Source: Bacilli bacterium
GTDB taxonomy: Bacteria; Bacillota_I; Bacilli_A; RFN20; CAG-826
NCBI GenBank assembly: GCA_045597865.1
Contig: JAZLKX010000052.1
Span: 1 to 64,000, forward strand
Reading direction: 5' to 3'
DNA: 64,000 bases
In this document: positions 1 to 4,579 of the stretch, piece by piece
How the letters are laid out: each line of letters begins with the position of its first letter
How positions within the stretch are numbered: the stretch's first letter is position 1
Program-made: the position numbers and the translations under genes
The notes under the pieces: generated by a model
Databases searched by the model: none
The model's input: only the letters and a program-made list of their open reading frames with translations
Told to the model about the DNA's origin: nothing

Positions 1-17
1 ATAATTGATTTTTACCA

Positions 18-46
18 TTGACAAGATCGCCTGAAGTTGTTAAATT
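18..46 (+). promoter_or_regulatory. sigma70-type early promoter
   Basis: TTGACA(18-23)-17 nt-TAAATT(41-46). Confidence 0.7.
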
Positions 47-134
47 TAAACCGTTGAAAACAACAACCGCTTGATCTCCGATAAGGATCGCCGCCGGTTT
101 GAAAAAAAAATGAAAAAAAATTTTCAAACCACCA

Positions 135-163
135 TTGACAAAATCAAATTTAATTTTTATATT
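135..163 (+). promoter_or_regulatory. sigma70-type early promoter upstream of the tRNA array
   Basis: TTGACA(135-140)-17 nt-TATATT(158-163), with A/T tracts upstream. Confidence 0.8.
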
Positions 164-324
164 TGATACTGTCAAAAACAACAAACGCCTGAGCCGCCGA
201 GCTCTAGCTGCTGATTGAAATTCCGGCTTTTACAAGATACTAATAAAGTTCAGGGTGAAATTGAGCAAAAATAAGTTGAGCAATGTATGTAACGTTATTT
301 TTGCGATTTTTGATCTTGAACTTT

Positions 325-332
325 TATAAATA
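325..332 (+). promoter_or_regulatory. T4-type late promoter TATAAATA
   Basis: Exact T4 gp55 consensus 10 nt before tRNA-Ala; the same octamer precedes structural genes elsewhere in the window. Confidence 0.7.
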
Positions 333-342
333 CTTTCAATAT

Positions 343-415
343 GGGCTTGTGGCGCAATTGGTAGCGCAGCTGCTTTGCAAGCAGAAGGTTACGGGTTCGA
401 GACCCGTCTCGTCCA
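343..415 (+). tRNA. tRNA-Ala(UGC)
   Basis: Cloverleaf; anticodon arm CTGCT-TTGCAA-GCAG region; T-loop TTCGAGA; G3:U70 present; two acceptor mismatches; no CCA. Confidence 0.9.
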
Positions 416-437
416 CGACCCATTCTTGTTATTCTAT

Positions 438-702
438 GAGGTTGAAGTTACCGAAGGAGCTGTCAAGCTCCTTGCCTGGGCGCACGTCCCAACCTTTACG
501 GTCATGGCAATGTTGGATAATGGGAAGACCCTGGTACCTGTTCATCGGCTATTACGAGCAGGAATCAATGGCAAGATCAGCCAGTCACTGATCCAATACC
601 ATTGCGAGTAAAAAGTCGTGCCAATGCGAAAGTTTGGCATTCAGGAATCGTCACTGTTCCTACCTTTACTTTAACAGCGTGACTGCTGGAAGTGACAACT
701 TT
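438..702 (+). ncRNA. unidentified multi-hairpin structured RNA in the tRNA array
   Basis: Closing stem GAGGTTG/CAACTTT; internal hairpins AAGGAGC/GCTCCTT, CCTGTTC/GAGCAGG, CAATGG..GATCAG/CTGATC..CCATTG, TGCCAA/TTGGCA, GTCAC/GTGAC. Confidence 0.6.
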
Positions 703-703
703 T

Positions 704-777
704 GCTTATCTGTCGCAATTGGTCAGCGAGCCGCTCTGATAAGGCGGAGGTTCTTGGTTCAAGTCCAAGGGTGAGCA
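704..777 (+). tRNA. tRNA-Ile(GAU)
   Basis: GCTTATC/GGTGAGC acceptor; CCGCT-CTGATAA-GGCGG; T-loop TTCAAGT. Confidence 0.9.
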
Positions 778-848
778 CTAACTGTTATGCTGGTAACCCA
801 GTATCTCGTCCGGCATGCGAGATTGAAAATTTGAGTGCCTTGAGTTTT

Positions 849-921
849 GGCTCCTTCGTCTAGTGGTTAGGACAATAGATTTTCATTCTATAAACTCGGG
901 TCCGATTCCCGGAGGGGGCTA
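849..921 (+). tRNA. tRNA-Glu(UUC)
   Basis: ATAGA-TTTTCAT-TCTAT anticodon arm; D arm GTCTAGTGGTTAGGAC; variant T-loop TCCGATT; acceptor register slightly irregular. Confidence 0.85.
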
Positions 922-932
922 CTAAAATTTAT

Positions 933-1007
933 CGCGCTATGGAGAAATTGGAATCTCACCAGCCCCATAAGCTGGACTACATCCCCGTTCGAGTCGGGGT
1001 AGCGCTA
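933..1007 (+). tRNA. tRNA-Met(CAU), initiator-like 1:72 mismatch (fMet/Met/Ile2 unresolved)
   Basis: CGCGCTA/TAGCGCT acceptor with C1:U72 mismatch; CCAGC-CCCATAA-GCTGG; lacks the three G-C anticodon-stem pairs of canonical fMet. Confidence 0.8.
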
Positions 1008-1017
1008 TAAAGTTTTC

Positions 1018-1090
1018 GCCCTCATGGCTCAATTGGTAGAGCAGCTGATTTGTAATCAGCGGGTTGGTGGTTCGAGTCCGCCTGTGGGCA
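1018..1090 (+). tRNA. tRNA-Thr(UGU)
   Basis: GCTGA-TTTGTAA-TCAGC; T-loop TTCGAGT. Confidence 0.92.
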
Positions 1091-1115
1091 CTAAAGATTT
1101 TGGAACTTGATGTTT

Positions 1116-1123
1116 TATAAATA
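1116..1123 (+). promoter_or_regulatory. T4-type late promoter internal to the tRNA array
   Basis: TATAAATA directly upstream of the SD and leader ORF. Confidence 0.7.
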
Positions 1124-1145
1124 AAACAAATTGAAAGGAATAAAG

Positions 1146-1238
1146 ATGATCCAGTCCTATCTACATAATTCAAATTGCCAGAGCCGACCAGGCTATTTTG
1201 GTCCATGCTTTGGTAACGATTATGATTGGATTAGTTGA
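1146..1238 (+). CDS. 30-aa leader peptide MIQSYLHNSNCQSRPGYFGPCFGNDYDWIS (putative attenuator leader)
   Basis: SD GAAAGGAA at 1133-1140, ATG at 1146, TGA at 1236-1238 overlapping the antiterminator 5' arm; too short for the supplied ORF track. Confidence 0.75.
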   Translation: MIQSYLHNSNCQSRPGYFGPCFGNDYDWIS

Positions 1239-1301
1239 CGCTTTAAAGATTTCAATAATGGATTTTTAAGGCGTCAGGTTGAAAAACTTGACGCTTTTTT
1301 T
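1235..1301 (+). terminator. mutually exclusive antiterminator (1235-1277) and intrinsic terminator (1268-1301)
   Basis: 18-bp stem TTGACGCTTTAAAGATTT/GGATTTTTAAGGCGTCAG shares AAGGCGTCAG with the 13-bp stem AAGGCGTCAGGTT-GAAA-AACTTGACGCTTT, which runs into a 7-T tract. Confidence 0.85.
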
Positions 1302-1308
1302 AATTCTT

Positions 1309-1379
1309 GGTCTCATAGTATAATGGATGTACGCCCGCCTGTCACGCAGGTAGTCCGGGATCGTGACCCGGTGGGACCG
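1309..1379 (+). tRNA. tRNA-Asp(GUC)
   Basis: GGTCTCA/TGGGACC; loop CTGTCAC; T-loop ATCGTGA (A54). Confidence 0.88.
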
Positions 1380-1391
1380 CTAAAACTATTT

Positions 1392-1474
1392 GCCGAGATC
1401 GCCTAGTGGTTAAGGGCAAGGGTCTGTAAAACCCTCCTCTTCGGAGTTCGGTGGTTCAAATCCACCTCTCGGCA
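1392..1474 (+). tRNA. tRNA-Tyr(GUA)
   Basis: AGGGT-CTGTAAA-ACCCT; long variable arm CTC-TTCG-GAG. Confidence 0.92.
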
Positions 1475-1484
1475 CTAAACATAT

Positions 1485-1567
1485 TCTAGGGTACCCGAGT
1501 TGGTAGCAGGGGGGAGACTGTTAATCTTCTGAGAAATCCGCCGCAGGTTCGAGTCCTGCCCCTAGAG
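1485..1567 (+). tRNA. tRNA-Asn(GUU) with an unusually long variable region
   Basis: TCTAGGG/CCCTAGA; GGAGA-CTGTTAA-TCTTC; 13-nt variable region TGAGAAATCCGCC. Confidence 0.85.
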
Positions 1568-1571
1568 CTAA

Positions 1572-1629
1572 AAGATGCATACAGCAACTCTACAATGTCT
1601 TATTTTTGGAAGAATAAAAATGCATCTTG
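1572..1629 (+). ncRNA. AAGATGC-TACAGCAA family RNA, copy 1 (short)
   Basis: Terminal stem AAGATGCAT/ATGCATCTT, conserved ACAGCAACTCT, one internal hairpin TTATTT-TTGGAA-GAATAA. Confidence 0.65.
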
Positions 1630-1631
1630 TC

Positions 1632-1669
1632 ATCGGAATGTAGTTCAATCTGGTAGAGCACTTGCCGAT
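1632..1669 (+). pseudogene. isolated tRNA 5' half (Pro-like)
   Basis: CGGAATG-TA-GTTC-AATCTGGTA-GAGC-A-CTTG with no anticodon loop or T arm; closed by ATCGG/CCGAT. Confidence 0.55.
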
Positions 1670-1717
1670 AACTTACATCTTTGAATGTTAAGTGCATTTT
1701 GAAATTTTGGTTATTAA

Positions 1718-1792
1718 CAAGGTGTGGGCTAATTGGTAAGCCACTTGCCCTGGGAGCAAGGATTTTTGGAGGTTCAAGTCCTCTCACCTTGA
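1718..1792 (+). tRNA. tRNA-Pro(UGG)
   Basis: CAAGGTG/CACCTTG; CTTGC-CCTGGGA-GCAAG (C33 instead of U33). Confidence 0.88.
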
Positions 1793-1796
1793 TAAT

Positions 1797-1919
1797 GCTT
1801 AACGGGACAGATAGTTCACAGCTATTTGAAATTGTCTTTACCGCAATTTCTAACCGTTATTCGTGGGAATGGACGGGACTGAAAATCCCAGAAAGGTGGT
1901 CCGACTCCACCCGCTGGCA
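1797..1919 (+). tRNA. atypical tRNA-Phe(GAA)-like element: intact 3' half, non-canonical 5' half
   Basis: GGGA-CTGAAAA-TCCC, T arm GGTGG-TCCGACT-CCACC, 3' strand CGCTGGC-A-CTA; no normal D arm; best acceptor partner is GCTTAACG at 1797. Confidence 0.55.
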
Positions 1920-1930
1920 CTAAAACATTT

Positions 1931-2013
1931 GGAGGCGTAGCCTAATTGGTAAGGCAGCAGACTTGAAATCTGCCGCGGTCAAACGCTTGTGGGTTCGAGT
2001 CCTACCGCCTCCG
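1931..2013 (+). tRNA. tRNA-Ser(UGA)
   Basis: GGAGGCG/CGCCTCC; GCAGA-CTTGAAA-TCTGC; long variable arm; G73. Confidence 0.93.
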
Positions 2014-2017
2014 CGAA

Positions 2018-2214
2018 AAGATACATACAGCAACTCTAATTCTAATAACGCACAAACGCCAAGTTACAATGGCACCTGCCTCAGTGTATAGGGGATATTG
2101 CTGATAGAAATCAGATAGTTGCCAGCTAGACGAACTGGATAGGTTATTTTGAGATGTGGTTTCTCGCCGAGAATGAGAAAACTCTGCGCCGCGCTTACGC
2201 GGGTCTGTATCTTG
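2018..2214 (+). ncRNA. AAGATAC-TACAGCAA family RNA, copy 2 (multi-hairpin insert)
   Basis: Terminal stem AAGATACA/TGTATCTT, conserved TACAGCAACTCT; internal hairpins GCCA/TGGC, CTGAT/ATCAG, CCAG/CTGG, TTCTCG/TGAGAA, CCGCG/CGCGG. Confidence 0.65.
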
Positions 2215-2219
2215 ACTTT

Positions 2220-2291
2220 GGTCCTGTAGGCTAATGGATAAACCGCAGCGCTACGGACGCTGTATTCTTGGTTCGAGTCCAAGCAGGACCA
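2220..2291 (+). tRNA. tRNA-Arg(ACG)
   Basis: GGTCCTG/CAGGACC; CAGCG-CTACGGA-CGCTG. Confidence 0.92.
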
Positions 2292-2302
2292 CTAAAAAAT
2301 TC

Positions 2303-2373
2303 GCACCTATGTTGTAGTGGTAGCAAACGACCTTGCCATGGTTGAAGCTCCGGATCGTACCCGGATAGGTGCT
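2303..2373 (+). tRNA. tRNA-Gly(GCC)
   Basis: GCACCTA/TAGGTGC; CGACC-TTGCCAT-GGTTG; U73; T-loop ATCGTAC. Confidence 0.88.
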
Positions 2374-2380
2374 CTACATC

Positions 2381-2453
2381 CCCGCGGTGGTGTTAATGGT
2401 TAGCACGCAAGTTTGTGGCACTTGAGGTTCGGATTCGAGTTCCGGCCATGGGA
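2381..2453 (+). tRNA. tRNA-His(GUG) lacking an encoded G-1:C73
   Basis: CAAGT-TTGTGGC-ACTTG; CCCGCGG/CCATGGG; position -1 is C and the discriminator is A. Confidence 0.85.
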
Positions 2454-2456
2454 TAT

Positions 2457-2531
2457 CTCTCCTTCGCCTAGATGGTTATGGCACCTGCCTTACAAGCAGG
2501 CAAAACCTTGGTCCGAATCCAAGAGGGGAGA
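2457..2531 (+). tRNA. tRNA-Val(UAC)
   Basis: CTCTCCT/AGGGGAG; CCTGC-CTTACAA-GCAGG; T-loop TCCGAAT. Confidence 0.9.
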
Positions 2532-2534
2532 CTA

Positions 2535-2654
2535 AAGATGCTTACTGCAATTCTCTTATTGCTCTGATAAAGCCGGTGTTGCAGGTTCGAGTCCTGTCGG
2601 CGTCCGTGTGGCGCTGTAGCTCAATTGGAAGAGCACGAACACAAAAGCATCTTG
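2535..2654 (+). ncRNA. AAGATGC-TACTGCAA family RNA, copy 3, enclosing a circularly permuted tRNA-Ile(GAU)
   Basis: Stem AAGATGCTT/AAGCATCTT; inside, in order: GCT-CTGATAA-AGC, T arm GCAGG-TTCGAGT-CCTGT, acceptor CGGCGTC-cgtgt-GGCGCTG, D arm GCTC-AATTGGAA-GAGC. Confidence 0.85.
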
Positions 2655-2661
2655 TTCTTAT

Positions 2662-2734
2662 TGCCCGTTCGCCAAGTTGGTAAGGCACCAGACTCTGACT
2701 CTGGTATTCGGCGGTTCAAATCCATCACGGGCAA
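2662..2734 (+). tRNA. tRNA-Gln(CUG)
   Basis: TGCCCGT/ACGGGCA; CCAGA-CTCTGAC-TCTGG. Confidence 0.9.
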
Positions 2735-2740
2735 CTACAA

Positions 2741-2813
2741 GCCGTCTTGCCGAAGTGGGAACGGGTGAGTCTGCAAAATTTTACATGAGTAGGTCCGATT
2801 CCTACAGACGGCT
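2741..2813 (+). tRNA. tRNA-Cys(GCA)
   Basis: GCCGTCT/AGACGGC; loop CTGCAAA; U73; weak D and anticodon stems. Confidence 0.8.
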
Positions 2814-2821
2814 CTAATTAT

Positions 2822-2893
2822 AGCTCTATGTGGTAATTGGTAACCGACGTGACTCCAAATCTCGGGTTCTCTGTTCAAATCGGAGTAGGGCTG
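2822..2893 (+). tRNA. tRNA-Trp(CCA)
   Basis: AGCTCTA/TAGGGCT; loop CTCCAAA; G73. Confidence 0.85.
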
Positions 2894-2902
2894 CTAACAT
2901 TT

Positions 2903-2974
2903 GCTTTATTGGTGTAATGGCTAACATGGCTGCCTTCCAAGCAGCGGTTGCCGGTTCGAGTCCGGCATAGAGCT
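2903..2974 (+). tRNA. tRNA-Gly(UCC)
   Basis: GCTTTAT/ATAGAGC; GCTGC-CTTCCAA-GCAGC; U73. Confidence 0.92.
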
Positions 2975-2986
2975 TTAAAACATTTT

Positions 2987-3069
2987 GGAGAGTTAGCCTA
3001 ATAGGTAAGGCAGTTCCTTGCTAAGGAACCGAGGTAAAACTCTTGTAGGTTCAAGTCCTGCACTCTCCG
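2987..3069 (+). tRNA. tRNA-Ser(GCU)
   Basis: GGAGAGT/ACTCTCC; GTTCC-TTGCTAA-GGAAC; long variable arm. Confidence 0.92.
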
Positions 3070-3073
3070 TTTT

Positions 3074-3154
3074 GCCCGAGTGGTGAAATCGCAAACACGC
3101 CAGACTTAGGATCTGGTGCCGAAAGGCTTGTGGGTTCAAGTCCCACCTTGGGTA
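3074..3154 (+). tRNA. tRNA-Leu(UAG)
   Basis: GCCCGAG/CTTGGGT; CCAGA-CTTAGGA-TCTGG; variable arm GCC-GAAA-GGC. Confidence 0.92.
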
Positions 3155-3160
3155 CTACAT

Positions 3161-3324
3161 TGAGGTAAGCAAGCCTGAGAAAGCAGTCGCGAATGTTTTA
3201 CAGGTTTCAAAATGGCGTAAGACGGATCAGCGGGGTTTATGAGTTGTCCTGGCAGCACCGCGGAAAAGATTAAATATGCTGAATGATGTGGGCAGACTCA
3301 GCCATGTGTTTCACATCAACCTCA
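3161..3324 (+). ncRNA. unidentified ~165-nt structured RNA at the end of the tRNA array
   Basis: Closing stem TGAGGT/ACCTCA; hairpins AAGCCTG..CAGGTTT and TGATGTG..CACATCA; followed by a terminator. Confidence 0.6.
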
Positions 3325-3336
3325 AACTTTTATTTT

Positions 3337-3366
3337 AACCTGTGGTAGCAAATATCACAGGTTTTT
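3337..3366 (+). terminator. intrinsic terminator ending the tRNA operon
   Basis: AACCTGTGGTA-GCAAA-TATCACAGGTT followed by a T-run. Confidence 0.8.
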
Positions 3367-3397
3367 ATAGTCTTAAATCAATGAAATTTAAGCACTA

Positions 3398-3590
3398 TTA
3401 TTACAGTTTTTTCTCTTATTCTTCTGTGGTTGTGTTGTACCGATCAGTACTGGACAATTATACAGTACAACACGAAATTACAGTATTTTGAACTTTTTTC
3501 ATATTTTTTCAGAAATTTCATATTGTACCCTTGACGGATATTTGAATAGTTGTTATATTTTACTTGTAAAACAAAACAACTGAGGTTACT
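3398..3590 (+). repeat. early-promoter cassette copy A
   Basis: 42-bp core TTATTACAGTTTTTTCTCTTATTCTTCTGTGGTTGTGTTGTA (3398-3439), identical at 6883 and 54098; then TTGACG-17-TATATT and ACAACTGAGG SD. Confidence 0.9.
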
Positions 3591-3815
3591 ATGCTTATTG
3601 AAAACAAATACGCTATCGAGCTCGTTGAACTGCTGAAGGCCAGCAAGAAGATCAACCAGAAGAAAACGACAGTTTCTTTCAATGAAGATGGCACTCGCTG
3701 CTCTGTGCATGTAAGCTGGAAGGCTAAGAACAAGCCAGATTTGTACACAGCCGACCATGCCACTGTTACTATGCTCTGTATCCTGACTGCTTGGACTACG
3801 GGAGGCGCACTGTAA
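3591..3815 (+). CDS. hypothetical early protein
   Basis: ORF with GAGG SD directly after the early promoter. Confidence 0.75.
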   Translation: MLIENKYAIELVELLKASKKINQKKTTVSFNEDGTRCSVHVSWKAKNKPDLYTADHATVTMLCILTAWTTGGAL

Positions 3816-3982
3816 TGGCAACTGAATTGACAACTTGCAATATCTGCGGCCGGAAGTTCACCGGCTATGGAAATAACCCCTCGCCGATCCTGCCGGCAAA
3901 TTTTGTTTGCTGTGATGAATGCAACGCAGCAAAGGTAATACCAGCGAGAATTGCTGCCTTTAAAGAGGCAAAACCGCAGTAA
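3815..3982 (+). CDS. small zinc-ribbon protein
   Basis: CNICG...GYGNNPSP...CCDECN; GGAGG SD; TAATG overlap. Confidence 0.75.
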   Translation: MATELTTCNICGRKFTGYGNNPSPILPANFVCCDECNAAKVIPARIAAFKEAKPQ

Positions 3983-4142
3983 TTATTACAGTTTGCTTGC
4001 TTCAACCTGCGAGATTGTGTTATACCGGCGCCAGCTGTATAATTGCTCGTGAAGATCAGCGAAACTGTAATACTGCAGATTTGATGAAATTCCGCAGTAT
4101 ACGAAAAAATTTGAATTTTTTTCATTTTTTCCAATTTATCCC

Positions 4143-4171
4143 TTGCCACGCCGCAGAATAGTTGTTATATT
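4143..4171 (+). promoter_or_regulatory. early promoter
   Basis: TTGCCA-17-TATATT followed by the conserved TTACTCGTAAAACAA. Confidence 0.8.
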
Positions 4172-4226
4172 TTACTCGTAAAACAAAAACAACGCCGCGC
4201 CGCGGCAAACAAACTGGAGTTTGATT

Positions 4227-4496
4227 ATGGCAAACAATACCGCTTCCCTCAAGACCCTCGCTCGTGAAATCAAGAAGAACGCTGTTAAGGTTCCGGCATC
4301 TGTCCGTAAGCTTGGCAAGATCGCTGGCACCACTAAGGGCTGGTGCGGTAAGCATTCCGAACTTCCTACTGACATTGACTGGACCAAGGTTCCTCGTGGT
4401 GGCGCTTTTGATGCTCACAAGCGTGACCGTGGCAATAACCGCCCGCTCGCTGCAGCGATCTGCCAGGCAGCCTACAACAAGAAGATGGGCATCTAA
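4227..4496 (+). CDS. small basic hypothetical early protein
   Basis: GGAG SD, ATG at 4227, strongly biased codons. Confidence 0.8.
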   Translation: MANNTASLKTLAREIKKNAVKVPASVRKLGKIAGTTKGWCGKHSELPTDIDWTKVPRGGAFDAHKRDRGNNRPLAAAICQAAYNKKMGI

Positions 4497-4519
4497 CGGA
4501 AATTTTTCTGGCGCTACCC

Positions 4520-4548
4520 TTGACAAAACCGGCGCCATTTGTTATATT
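4520..4548 (+). promoter_or_regulatory. early promoter
   Basis: TTGACA-17-TATATT; ACCGGCGCCA lies in the spacer. Confidence 0.8.
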
Positions 4549-4579
4549 TTTACCGTAAATTCAATAAGGAACAAACTTT

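Noticed and set aside
438-702. tmRNA or RNase P identity for the large spacer RNA
   Set aside because: There is no GGGG..TTCGA..CCA tRNA-like domain or tag ORF, and no GAGGAAAGUCC-type P4 signature.
875-891. Possible opal suppressor (TCA) or Met (CAT) reading of the loop TTTTCAT
   Set aside because: The 5-bp stem ATAGA/TCTAT centres TTC, and the D arm is Glu-type.
283-2282. ORF-track ORFs over the tRNA array (283-591, 375-611, 937-1206, 1590-1787, 1681-1923, 2064-2282)
   Set aside because: They overlap clear tRNA cloverleaves or structured RNAs, lack SD sequences and have no protein-like features.
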